Of a DNA stretch of 64,000 bases, positions 26,377 through 35,768 are shown piece by piece. A model generated the notes under the pieces. That model had not been told where the DNA came from. It ran no database searches and saw nothing but the letters and a program-made list of their open reading frames with translations. The DNA comes from an uncultured Acidobacteriota bacterium (GTDB lineage Bacteria > Acidobacteriota > Vicinamibacteria > Vicinamibacterales > UBA8438). A program made the position numbers and the translations under genes. How positions within the stretch are numbered: the stretch's first letter is position 1; each line of letters begins with the position of its first letter. The DNA lies in the NCBI GenBank assembly GCA_913043225.1, contig CAJWLU010000013.1, forward strand, positions 1 through 64,000, given 5' to 3'.

Positions 26377-27902
26377 CGGCGATAGAGCTCGCCGGGCGGC
26401 CAGGACCCAGCGAGGCACCAATGCGTCGGCCAGACGTCGGCCCAGACGATACGGACCGTACCGGGTTGCGTGTCTCGACGCGGCCGGGAGCGGTCCTGCT
26501 CTCGGTGCCGGGAGGCCATCACGTCGAGGATCTTCTGCGTGGACCCTTCTTCGAATCACTGCTGGCCCCACCCGATGCGCCTCGCGTGACAGTGGTATCG
26601 CCATTTGTCGCCGACACGCAGCTGGCAACGGAATTGCGGAAGGTCGGGGTCGAAGCAGAGAGCCTGCCTCTTCCTCGTGGCGGAGCAGCGTCGCGGGTGG
26701 TCGAGTCGATTCTGAGCGAGCGATTCCTGCTCGAGTCGAGGTTGCGCGCCGTTCGCCTCCAGCGAGACCGGGCGCGGTTGTTGGACCAGTGGCCCGGGCG
26801 CCGAGCCATGATCGCGCTCAAAGGAGTCCTCAGCCGGCTGCCGGTGTCGCGGCAACGTTGGTTTAGTCTGGCGCAGGCGGTCACTGACCTCAGTGACTGC
26901 GGCCGTTTACTGGACCGACATCGCCCGGATCTTGTCGTGACCTCGACCGCCGGTTTTCTCGCGGCTGAAGTACCGCTGATCTACGCGGCGCGCAAGCAAC
27001 AGATTCCAGTAATGGGGATCGATCTCGGGTGGGACAACCTGTCATCGAAGTATCACACGGTGCGGCCGGTAGACCACCTTGCGGTGTGGAACGAGTCGAT
27101 GCGGGACGAGGCGGTCCGATACCACCAGTTCACCCCCGATCAGGTGCGCGTCACCGGCGCGGTTCCCTTCGATACCTACTTCGCCGGAGCGGAGTTTCCG
27201 TCGCGCGAACGGCTCTTTGCCTCGATCGGCGCGGACCCGGCGCTGCCGCTTGTCACGCTCGCGACTGCGCCGGAGCTAGTCTATCCCACGACATCGAATG
27301 TGGCCCGGTTCCTTGCCGCTGCGGCGGTGGACGGGCGTTTCGGCTCCGAGGTACAGCTGCTCGTGCGGGTGCACTCTCGTGATCAGCTCGCCGATTATGA
27401 CGGGCTGCAGGATGGCAGACGCGTGTTCGTGGAGAAGCCGTTCCAGCAGCTGGAACGAGGCGTGGGTCAGCCGGAACTCGACGCGTTCACGCCAGGTGCC
27501 GGAGGGCGGGGTCGGCTTGCGGCGACCCTGGCCCATAGCGACGTCGTGGTCAACTTCGCCTCGACGACGACCATCGAGGCGGCGCTTTTCGACACGCCCG
27601 TGGTCAACATCGGTTTCGATAGCGAGGTGGGGTTGCCGCTTCCGCTGTCGATTCGGAGGTACTACGAGTACGAGCACTACCAGCCGGTGATCGAAACCGG
27701 AGCGGCGCAGGTGGCGTGGAGCGAGGCCGAGCTCATCGATGTCATGGGCGCCTATCTCCGTGATCCGAGCCTCGATCGGGTCGGAAGGCAGGCGCTGGTT
27801 CGCCGCTGCTGTGCCTTTCCCGAAGGGGGCGCCGGGCGCCGCCTTGCCCAGTGGGTCCGCGAAACGCTAGTGCGTCGCTGTGAGCAGGGAGGGCGGTCCT
27901 GA
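26373..27902 (+). CDS. GT-B / glycerophosphotransferase-like protein (WDNL family), paralog 1
   Basis: GWDNLSSK, LAVWNE.M..EA, VTG..FD.YF, VRVH, SDVVVN.ASTTTIEAALFDTPVVN. Confidence 0.7.
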   Translation: MTAIELAGRPGPSEAPMRRPDVGPDDTDRTGLRVSTRPGAVLLSVPGGHHVEDLLRGPFFESLLAPPDAPRVTVVSPFVADTQLATELRKVGVEAESLPLPRGGAASRVVESILSERFLLESRLRAVRLQRDRARLLDQWPGRRAMIALKGVLSRLPVSRQRWFSLAQAVTDLSDCGRLLDRHRPDLVVTSTAGFLAAEVPLIYAARKQQIPVMGIDLGWDNLSSKYHTVRPVDHLAVWNESMRDEAVRYHQFTPDQVRVTGAVPFDTYFAGAEFPSRERLFASIGADPALPLVTLATAPELVYPTTSNVARFLAAAAVDGRFGSEVQLLVRVHSRDQLADYDGLQDGRRVFVEKPFQQLERGVGQPELDAFTPGAGGRGRLAATLAHSDVVVNFASTTTIEAALFDTPVVNIGFDSEVGLPLPLSIRRYYEYEHYQPVIETGAAQVAWSEAELIDVMGAYLRDPSLDRVGRQALVRRCCAFPEGGAGRRLAQWVRETLVRRCEQGGRS

Positions 27903-28708
27903 GCACGCGGTTCCGGATTCGCGGCCCCCGGGCCAGTGGCCGTCAGGTTATCCGGCTCGGGGTGCTGCTCTGTCTGCGTGACTTCCGCTATCGCTATCGC
28001 CAGGCCTTCCTGAAGTACGTCTGGGCTTTCGCGCGTCCGCTACTCGCCGTGGCTCCGCTCATCCTGGTGGGTAACGCCTTCGGTCTGGGCGGAGATATGA
28101 GCGCCGCTGAGTACGCGCTCTTCGCTCTCAGCGGGTTCTTGATGTGGCAGATGTTCTGGGACGCGGTGATCTCTCCCCAGTGGATCGCCAGACGTCTCCG
28201 ACGTACGTGTGTCGACGGTCCGCTCCGTCCCGAGGCCATGGTCGCGGCGGGAGCGGGCCTGGTCGTGTTCAATGCGTTCTTCTACGGGGCGCTGTTCGTT
28301 ATTGCCTATGCGCTGACGACCTCCTGGCCGCCGGTCACGCTGCCACTCGGTCTGCTCGCGTTACCGGTCATTGTGTTGGGCGGACTCACCGTCGGCGCGT
28401 TCTTCCTACCCTTGACCTTTGTGTATCTTGACTTCCGTTTTGGGCTTCCGCTGCTATCCCCGCTGTTGTTGTGGACCGCGCCGATTATCTACACCGCGCC
28501 GGAGTCAGGGGCCCTGTCCGTAATCAACCGATGGAACCCGCTAACCTATCTCATCAACATCCCCCGGGGATGGTTGGTCGTCGGGGTCGGCCCGCAGGAC
28601 GGATGGTTTCTGGTGTGCGCCGGCGTGTTCGTGGTTCTGGCGGGGTTGATGCTCCGCTATTACCGCCGGGCCGTACCGCTCGCGGTGCAGAGCCTGCCTC
28701 AACGATAG
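27899..28708 (+). CDS. wzm: ABC-2 polysaccharide export permease (start uncertain: CTG 27899 or GTG 27962)
   Basis: RDFRYRYRQAFL...WAF.RP, PIIY and NPLTYLI..R motifs; about six TM helices; directly upstream of the Wzt-like gene. Confidence 0.85.
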   Translation: MSTRFRIRGPRASGRQVIRLGVLLCLRDFRYRYRQAFLKYVWAFARPLLAVAPLILVGNAFGLGGDMSAAEYALFALSGFLMWQMFWDAVISPQWIARRLRRTCVDGPLRPEAMVAAGAGLVVFNAFFYGALFVIAYALTTSWPPVTLPLGLLALPVIVLGGLTVGAFFLPLTFVYLDFRFGLPLLSPLLLWTAPIIYTAPESGALSVINRWNPLTYLINIPRGWLVVGVGPQDGWFLVCAGVFVVLAGLMLRYYRRAVPLAVQSLPQR

Positions 28709-28715
28709 GTCGCGT

Positions 28716-30605
28716 TTGATCGTGTCCGCTCAAGTGGCCGCACCCATCGCCGAGTTAGCTCCGGCGCCACCCATGCTCGAATGCCGCGGGTTGAGCAAGG
28801 TGTACTGCCGCGCGTTCGAACAAGGCCGCCGCTATGCCTTCATGGATATCCTACGACCGGGGCGTCGTCCGATCGAGCGCTTGCGTCGAGAGGAGTTCCT
28901 GGCCATCGATCGCTTCTCGGTCACGGTGCGGAAAGGCGAGAACGTCCTCGTGCTCGGACTGCCTGGAGCCGGGAAGACCACGATCGCGAAGCTGTTGACC
29001 GGCATGCTTCTCGCCGACGCGGGAGATGTCCAGTTCCGTGGTCGGTTAGGGCTGGTCTCTGGCGGGAAGTTGGGGATGGTGCCATTCCTGACAGTCTGGG
29101 AGTTCATCCAGCTGGCCACCGGGATTCATGGTGCCGAGCCGACGGTGCATGACGCCTGCTGTGAGCGGGCGCTAGAACTGACGGGGTTGTCCGATAGACG
29201 GGACCTGAAGATCGTCGACCTCGACAAGGGCGATACCCGCTACCTCTCGATCGCCTCCGCTTTGGTCGTGCCCCACGACGTCCGGATCTTCGATGGCGTG
29301 CCCAGGCCGGGGAGCGACCGAGTGTCCAGGCAGGTGGCGGCGCTGGCAACCGAGCATCTTGAGCGCGGTTCCAATTTGATCTTGGCCAGTAGCACCGCCA
29401 ATCTTCCCACCCGGATCGCGCACGCGGCGATCCTGCACGAGGGAGAGACGTTGTTCGAGGGAGGGCTCGAGAGCGTCGTGCCCGTCTTCGACCACTTTGT
29501 CTACCGGATGCAGCGGATCGAGCAGCTCGTGCGCGAGGCGGCGGAAGCTGGACGGGACGTCGATTCGTCCCGGATGCTCAGCCCGCCGGAGATTATCGCC
29601 AGGGCGCGGCGTAGTCTGGAGCGCTCGCGCATTGGTCCAGTGGTTGAGGAGCGGATCGCCGAGGCCTGGCGTAGCACCCGGCCGATTGTGGTGGGGCCCT
29701 ACCTGTCCGACGTCGGGTTCGAGCTCTTGTACTGGCGTCCGTTCGTGGCCTGGATGAGCCAGCGCTTTGGTAAGCGCACCGCGCCGGTGATCGCGGTCTC
29801 CCGCGGGCGTGTGGGCGACTGGTATGCGGGAATCGCAACGCACTATGTCGACGTCTGTGATCTCGTGGATTTCGACAGCTTCCTGACCCGGAACCGCCAG
29901 CGCGTCCGGGCCACCGGCTCCTGGAAACAGAAGGTGGTGGCGGACTTCGATCGAGAGCTGCTCGATCTGGTGTCGGCGCGCTTCGGCGGGACCGAGTCCG
30001 AGGTGCTGCACCCTTCACTCATCTTCCGGGTGTGTAACCGGATCTGGAACGCAACCATGCCGCACGGCTGGTTGGAGGAGCATGGCGCCTACGAACGCTT
30101 CGAACCCGCGCCACCTCCTGATGGAGCCGGGCTACCCGAGGGACCCTACATCGCGGCCAGTTTCTGGTTCAGCAGCTGCTTTGGCGATACGCGCCCGCAC
30201 CGTCATTTAATCAACCTGGCGCTCTCGGAGCTCAGCCAGCGGCTGCCGGTGGTCGTCGTCGACACGGGTGGGTTTCCCGGCGTGCCCGAATCGCTTGAGG
30301 CGACGGGGAATATCCGGGTGTTGCCGGGACCAGAGCAGTCGGAAGATCAGCTCGGTCTCCACTCACGTGTCATTGCAAGGGCCCGGGCCTATGTCGGGAC
30401 CTTCGGCAATATTTCCCAGCTGGCGCCTTTCTACCGCGTACCGAGTCTGCTGTTATTCGACGAGGATGGCGGCCTGTCGGCGCATCACAGGCGAACATCC
30501 CAGTCGATTGCGGAGGTGATGGACGACAGCGCGATCGACGTCGTGCCTGCACCGGAACTCAACCCGGCGCGCCTCAGCGCCTGGATCGATCAGGCCTTGT
30601 CATGA
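28716..30605 (+). CDS. wzt: Wzt-like ABC ATP-binding protein with degenerate catalytic motifs, fused to a C-terminal GP[W/Y]LS[E/D]VGFE domain
   Basis: SKVYCR...LRREEFLAIDRFS...GLPGAGKTT aligns with Wzt N-termini. Signature, Walker B, D-loop and H-switch are altered. The C-terminal ~300 aa are paralogous to domains in the 30602 and 36827 genes. Confidence 0.8.
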   Translation: MIVSAQVAAPIAELAPAPPMLECRGLSKVYCRAFEQGRRYAFMDILRPGRRPIERLRREEFLAIDRFSVTVRKGENVLVLGLPGAGKTTIAKLLTGMLLADAGDVQFRGRLGLVSGGKLGMVPFLTVWEFIQLATGIHGAEPTVHDACCERALELTGLSDRRDLKIVDLDKGDTRYLSIASALVVPHDVRIFDGVPRPGSDRVSRQVAALATEHLERGSNLILASSTANLPTRIAHAAILHEGETLFEGGLESVVPVFDHFVYRMQRIEQLVREAAEAGRDVDSSRMLSPPEIIARARRSLERSRIGPVVEERIAEAWRSTRPIVVGPYLSDVGFELLYWRPFVAWMSQRFGKRTAPVIAVSRGRVGDWYAGIATHYVDVCDLVDFDSFLTRNRQRVRATGSWKQKVVADFDRELLDLVSARFGGTESEVLHPSLIFRVCNRIWNATMPHGWLEEHGAYERFEPAPPPDGAGLPEGPYIAASFWFSSCFGDTRPHRHLINLALSELSQRLPVVVVDTGGFPGVPESLEATGNIRVLPGPEQSEDQLGLHSRVIARARAYVGTFGNISQLAPFYRVPSLLLFDEDGGLSAHHRRTSQSIAEVMDDSAIDVVPAPELNPARLSAWIDQALS

Positions 30606-33277
30606 AGATCTTTTTTTCCATGCGTCATCCGGGCACGCTCCGTAACTTCGGGTCGACGATCCGGGAGTTGGCCCGTCGTGGACATGAGATCCACCTGTCG
30701 TTCGTCATGCAAGACCGCCTTGGTGACGGTCGCCTGCTGTGGGAGCTGACCGACGATTGTCCATCGGTCACTTACTCGGAGCTTACCAAGAAGACGCCGT
30801 ATCGGTTCTGGCTCGGCTTGGCGCGTGGTGTGCGCCTTTGGGCGGACTATCTGCGCTACCTTGGACCGGAGTATCGGGATGCGTTCAAGCTACGCGAGCG
30901 TGCTGAGATCCGCCTTCCTGGAGCGCTGGTCACCTTCAGCAAGTTGCCGCTCGTTAACTCTCAGGGCGGTCGCCGAGTCCTCTGGAAGGTCCTCCTCTGG
31001 GTCGAGCGAGCGATCCCGACCGACACCTGGGTCGATGCGCAGATCGCGGGCCAATCTCCCGACGTGGTGTTGGCGACCCCGCTCGTCGATCTCGGTTCCG
31101 ACCAGGTCGATTTCATCAAGAGCGCTAAGGCACAGGGGGTGCACACCGGTCTGTGTGTCCACAGCTGGGACAATTTGACCAATAAGGGGTTGATGCGCGT
31201 GCTTCCTGACCGGGTCTACCTCTGGAACGAGTTCCAGAAACGGGAAGCGGTCGAGATGCACGGCATGCGCACCGACGACGTGCTGGTGACCGGTTCTCCC
31301 GTCTACGACCAGTGGTTCGAGCGAGTCCCAAGCGCGTCCCGCACTGATTTTTGTTCCAAGGTCGGGTTGCCGGACGACCGGCCCTACATCTTGTATCTCT
31401 GTTCCTCCGGGTTCATCGCGCCCAATGAGGCCGAGTTCGTCGATCAGTGGGTGCGTGCGCTCCGCCAGGCGCCTGACGCTTCGGTTCGTGACGCGGCCGT
31501 GGTCGTCAGGCCCCATCCCGAGAACGTGCAGCCTTGGCAGAAGTACGACATGGCGGAGTTCGACGACGTGGTCGTCTGGCCGCACGGTGGCGCCAATCCG
31601 GTGGACGAGAGTTCCAAGAACGACTTCTACGACTCGCTGCATCACAGCGCGATGGTGGTGGGTATTAACACCAGCGCACAGATCGAGGCTGGAATCGTCG
31701 GGCGCCCGGTGTTTACCGTGCAGACGGATGAGCATGTCGGCACCCAGGAAGGGACGCTGCACTTCCACTATCTGCTGGAGGCGGGCGGCGGGTTGCTGCG
31801 CAATGCCCGGGGGTTCGACGAGCACGTGACCCAGCTCGCCCGCGCCTTCGAGCGACGGCCCGAGGACGGAGAGAAGCTGAAGGGATTCGTCGAGGCGTTC
31901 GTGCGGCCACACGGCATCGAGATCCGGGCCACGCCGCTGATTGCCGATGGTATCGAGGCGTTGGGGCAGGCGCCAAGGCCGTCCCCCGATCGGCCGGGGC
32001 TGCTGCTGTATCCGCTGCGATGGTTGCTGTTTCCGGTGGCGGTCGGGATCAAGGTGGTACGGAACCTCACCCGGATCAGGGTCAAGCGTCAACGAAAGCT
32101 CCGGCCGCTCACCTTCACGGGGATGCTGCTCAAGCCGCTCTTCGGGGCGATGGACGTCATCCTGCGCTGGCGCCCAGCCAAGGGCTTCGTCAAAAAGTAC
32201 GTCGTGCCCCGGGTGATGTCGCGGGTGAGCCCAGACGAGCCGACCGAGGAGATGGTCGCGATCCCACGCATTATCGACAAGATGCACAAGATCGACCGCC
32301 CGTTAGTCGTAGGGCCGTGGCTCAGTGAGGTTGGATTCGAGCTGCTCTACTGGATTCCTTTCCTGAACTGGGTCCGAACGTATCGAGCGTTTGAGCGGGA
32401 CCGGATGATCGTCCTCTCCCGTGGTGGGGTCGCCCCTTGGTATCGGCAGATTGGGTCCCGCTATATCGATGTGTTCGACTTCTTTACACCGGAACAGCTA
32501 CGCGAGAAGAACGAGGAGCGTATCGCCGAGGGCTTACTGAAGCAACGAGCGCTGACGGACTTCGAGCGTGAGATCGTTAAGCTAGTGAAGGTCGGCATTC
32601 AGCGCCGGGACATTCAGCTCTTTCACCCGATGTACATGTATCGTCTTTTCTATCCATACTGGAAGAGTCGCACGTCTATCAATCTGATCGAGAACTTTGC
32701 CTCGTTCGCGCGGCTGCCGCAGATCGATGCGTCGGATGTCGCCGACAAGCTGCCTGACGACTATGTAGCCGTGCGCTTTTATCACAACACGGCGTTCCCC
32801 GAGACTGAGGAGAACCTTCGCTTCGTGCGACAGCTTCTGACCCGGGTCACGGAAACCACCGACGTCGTTCTACTGAACCCCGGTTACACGCTCGATGACC
32901 ACTGGGATCTGAAGCCTGGTGTGACCCGTCGGGTGCACACGATCGATCAGCTGGTCGAACCGCGGAACAACCTCGAAGTGCAGACGAAGGTCGTGAGCCG
33001 CGCCCGCGCCTATATTGGCAACTACGGGGGGTTGTCCTACCTGGCGCCGTTCTATGGGGTCCAGTCACTGGCGTTCTACTCCAGTCCGAGCCATGTCGCC
33101 CCTCACCACCTGGATCTGATGTATCGAGTGGCGGCCAAGCTTAAGCGCGGCTCCTTCGTGGCGCTCGATACCCAGGGTCTTGATGTGCTCAGTCTCGTGC
33201 TGCAGGGGGCACCTGTCGAGGCAGCGCTCACCGAGAGTGGCGAGGCGGAGCATCCCGCGGCGGCGGAGCTGGGTTGA
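30602..33277 (+). CDS. Two-domain protein: WDNL-family GT-B domain plus GPWLSEVGFE domain
   Basis: HSWDNLTNKG, RPHP and VVGINTSAQIEA; basic amphipathic linker; GPWLSEVGFELLYWIPF...ARAYIGNYGGLSYLAPFYG. Confidence 0.75.
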   Translation: MKIFFSMRHPGTLRNFGSTIRELARRGHEIHLSFVMQDRLGDGRLLWELTDDCPSVTYSELTKKTPYRFWLGLARGVRLWADYLRYLGPEYRDAFKLRERAEIRLPGALVTFSKLPLVNSQGGRRVLWKVLLWVERAIPTDTWVDAQIAGQSPDVVLATPLVDLGSDQVDFIKSAKAQGVHTGLCVHSWDNLTNKGLMRVLPDRVYLWNEFQKREAVEMHGMRTDDVLVTGSPVYDQWFERVPSASRTDFCSKVGLPDDRPYILYLCSSGFIAPNEAEFVDQWVRALRQAPDASVRDAAVVVRPHPENVQPWQKYDMAEFDDVVVWPHGGANPVDESSKNDFYDSLHHSAMVVGINTSAQIEAGIVGRPVFTVQTDEHVGTQEGTLHFHYLLEAGGGLLRNARGFDEHVTQLARAFERRPEDGEKLKGFVEAFVRPHGIEIRATPLIADGIEALGQAPRPSPDRPGLLLYPLRWLLFPVAVGIKVVRNLTRIRVKRQRKLRPLTFTGMLLKPLFGAMDVILRWRPAKGFVKKYVVPRVMSRVSPDEPTEEMVAIPRIIDKMHKIDRPLVVGPWLSEVGFELLYWIPFLNWVRTYRAFERDRMIVLSRGGVAPWYRQIGSRYIDVFDFFTPEQLREKNEERIAEGLLKQRALTDFEREIVKLVKVGIQRRDIQLFHPMYMYRLFYPYWKSRTSINLIENFASFARLPQIDASDVADKLPDDYVAVRFYHNTAFPETEENLRFVRQLLTRVTETTDVVLLNPGYTLDDHWDLKPGVTRRVHTIDQLVEPRNNLEVQTKVVSRARAYIGNYGGLSYLAPFYGVQSLAFYSSPSHVAPHHLDLMYRVAAKLKRGSFVALDTQGLDVLSLVLQGAPVEAALTESGEAEHPAAAELG

Positions 33278-34200
33278 TGGCGGTGAAACGTCCTCCGCTC
33301 ACGCCCGGTAGCGACGGCGATCCACTGGACGACGTCCGCGTCCGCCTGGAGCGGATCGAGTCGGCACTCGAGAAACTGAAGCGGACCGACCAGCTGGTGC
33401 AGGCGCTGGCCCGTCGGCTATATCTCGACGGGGTCGACCTGCCGCCGCGCAAGCAGCTTCGGTCGCACCGGTTCGGGGTCATGTCGCAGAACGGCGAAGA
33501 CGGACTGCTGTTGGAGCTGTTTCGCCGGATCGGTGTCGAACGGCGGCGCTTCGTCGAGATCGGGTGTGGCGTCAACGGCGGGAACTCGGGGTTTCTTGCG
33601 CAAGAGCTGGGCTGGTCGGGACTGATGGTCGACGGAAACCCCGGGGCGGTGTCCAAGGTCGAACTCAAGTTCGCCAGCGAAGACATCAAGGCCGAATGTC
33701 ACTTCGTGTCGCCAGAGACCATCAACGAGATCATCGAGACGGCTGGGCTTGCCGGTGAGATCGACCTGCTGAGCATCGACATCGACGGCAACGACTTCTG
33801 GGTCTGGGACGCGACGACGGTCACGAACCCCCGGGTCGTCATCATCGAATACAACCACCTGCTGGGTCGGACCGCGGCCGTCACCATTCCATACAACCCC
33901 GAGTTTCGCCTCAAGAACGCGCCGACCCGTGCCTATCGTGGAGCCTCGCTGGAGGCGATGGTGCGACTGGGGCGCCGTAAAGGCTATCGCCTGGTGTCGA
34001 GCGAGCGGATCAATGCGGTTTTCCTCCGTGACGACATCGATTCGGATCTCCCGACCCTTGAGACGCGCGAGGCATACCAGGCCCCGGCCAATAGTGGGAG
34101 AGACGTCTACAAGAAGATCGGTGATCACGGGCTCACGCTGGTGTCGGTCAACGAAGACGGGACTCTGGCCGAGCCGGTGCCGGCGGAGCAGGTTCGATGA
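33277..34200 (+). CDS. FkbM-like SAM methyltransferase (SQNxEDG type) with short coiled coil, paralog 2
   Basis: SQNGEDG, FVEIGCG, DLLSIDIDGNDFWVW and GASL. Confidence 0.85.
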   Translation: MAVKRPPLTPGSDGDPLDDVRVRLERIESALEKLKRTDQLVQALARRLYLDGVDLPPRKQLRSHRFGVMSQNGEDGLLLELFRRIGVERRRFVEIGCGVNGGNSGFLAQELGWSGLMVDGNPGAVSKVELKFASEDIKAECHFVSPETINEIIETAGLAGEIDLLSIDIDGNDFWVWDATTVTNPRVVIIEYNHLLGRTAAVTIPYNPEFRLKNAPTRAYRGASLEAMVRLGRRKGYRLVSSERINAVFLRDDIDSDLPTLETREAYQAPANSGRDVYKKIGDHGLTLVSVNEDGTLAEPVPAEQVR

Positions 34201-35762
34201 AGGCCCTGTTCGTCCTCCAGTATCCGGGCTACCTCCGGTACTTCGACTCGGTGATGGAGGAGCTTGCCATCCGAGGACATACGGTGGCGGTGGCGTTCGA
34301 CCAGCCGCACAAGCAGCCCGAAGGGATGGTGGCGCTCGAGGGGATGCCGGCCGCGATCGAGGTACTGGACAGGGTGCCCGCCCGTCCAGATGTCTGGGCA
34401 CCGGTGGCCCGCGGCGTGCGCGGCACCATCGACTATGCCCGGTATCTGCATCCACGTTACGCCGATTCGCCGTACCTGCGCGATCGGATGAAGAAGGCGT
34501 TGCCGTTCCTGACCCGGTGGCTCGGTCGATGGACCACCGGTACCGAGGCCTGGACCCGCCGGCTGGTGCGCTGGCTTCAGCACTGTGAGCGGGTTATCCC
34601 GAGTCATCGGCAGCTGGAGCAGTTCCTCGAGCGCGTCGCCCCGGACCTCGTGGTCGTCTCGCCATTAGTCACCGACCAGTGTCCGCAGGTCGACATCATC
34701 AAGGCCGCCCGGCGGATCGGAGTGCCGAGCGTGCTGGGGGTGGCGTCCTGGGATCACCTGACCACCAAGGGGTTGATGCGGATTCAGCCAGATCTGGTGG
34801 CCGTCTGGAATCCGGATCAGCGGGACGAGGCGCTGACGTTTCATGACGCCGATCCGGCTCGCATCGTGGTCACCGGTTCCCAGTGCTTCGACCGCTGGTT
34901 CGACCGGTCGCCCAGCTGCGACCGGGCCGCGTTCTGCGCGCGCGTCGGCGTGCGCCTGGACCGTCCGTTCATCGTGTTCGTCGGATCGACCGCCTCCATC
35001 TCGTCGCCCGAGGCCGAGGTCGTGTTCGTCAGGAGGTGGATCGCGGCGGTAAGGCAGGGGCCCGGGTCACTTGCCGACGTCGGCATTCTCATCCGGCCGC
35101 ATCCCTACAATGCCAAGCACTGGGGCGATGTCGACCTGTCGGGCTACCAGAACGTGACAGTGTTTCCGCGTCACGGGGCCAATCCTGTGAATGATGACGA
35201 TCGGGCCGACTACTACGACACGCTCCATCACGGGGCAGCGGTCGTGGGCATCAATACCTCGGCCATGATCGAGGCCGGCATCCAGGACCGGCCGGTCTTC
35301 ACCATCGTCGATTCGTCCTTCGACGACACGCAGACCGGGACCCTGCACTTCCGCTACTTGCTTCCAGAGTGTGGCGGGCACCTCCAACACGCGACGGATC
35401 TGGCGACTCACGCCGCGCAACTGTCGGCCACCATCGATGACGGGGTCGCGCCATCGTCTTGTGGGTTCATCGAGCGTTTCGTCCGACCGCATGGACTGGA
35501 AGAACCGGCGACCCCCAGGCTCGTATCCGCGCTCGAGGCACTCGAGGGGACGACGTCCGTGGCTCCGGAGACTGCCGGGCTCTGGCTCCAGCCGCTCCGG
35601 CTGGGGCTGTGGTGCGTTGCGGTTGTGGCGAGTCGTAAGAAGCTGAAGAAACGGTTCTCGAGGTTCGGCTATGACATGGCGGTGCGGGTACGCGCCCGAC
35701 TTGGGCTGCGTCGCCGGACGGTCGATGCGCCAACGCCGCCCGAGCCGCCCGCGGTAACCTGA
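34197..35762 (+). CDS. WD(N/H)L-family GT-B protein, paralog 3
   Basis: ASWDHLTTKG, RPHP, VVGINTSAMIEA and TQTGTLHF.YL; clearly similar to the N-terminal half of the 30602 gene. Confidence 0.75.
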   Translation: MKALFVLQYPGYLRYFDSVMEELAIRGHTVAVAFDQPHKQPEGMVALEGMPAAIEVLDRVPARPDVWAPVARGVRGTIDYARYLHPRYADSPYLRDRMKKALPFLTRWLGRWTTGTEAWTRRLVRWLQHCERVIPSHRQLEQFLERVAPDLVVVSPLVTDQCPQVDIIKAARRIGVPSVLGVASWDHLTTKGLMRIQPDLVAVWNPDQRDEALTFHDADPARIVVTGSQCFDRWFDRSPSCDRAAFCARVGVRLDRPFIVFVGSTASISSPEAEVVFVRRWIAAVRQGPGSLADVGILIRPHPYNAKHWGDVDLSGYQNVTVFPRHGANPVNDDDRADYYDTLHHGAAVVGINTSAMIEAGIQDRPVFTIVDSSFDDTQTGTLHFRYLLPECGGHLQHATDLATHAAQLSATIDDGVAPSSCGFIERFVRPHGLEEPATPRLVSALEALEGTTSVAPETAGLWLQPLRLGLWCVAVVASRKKLKKRFSRFGYDMAVRVRARLGLRRRTVDAPTPPEPPAVT

Positions 35763-35768
35763 GACGGC

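Noticed and set aside
30890..32287. Long antisense ORFs (465 aa here; similar ones at 3841, 6771, 46167, 54153)
   Set aside because: Typical stop-poor shadow frames in high-GC DNA, opposite well-supported genes and with no recognisable motifs.
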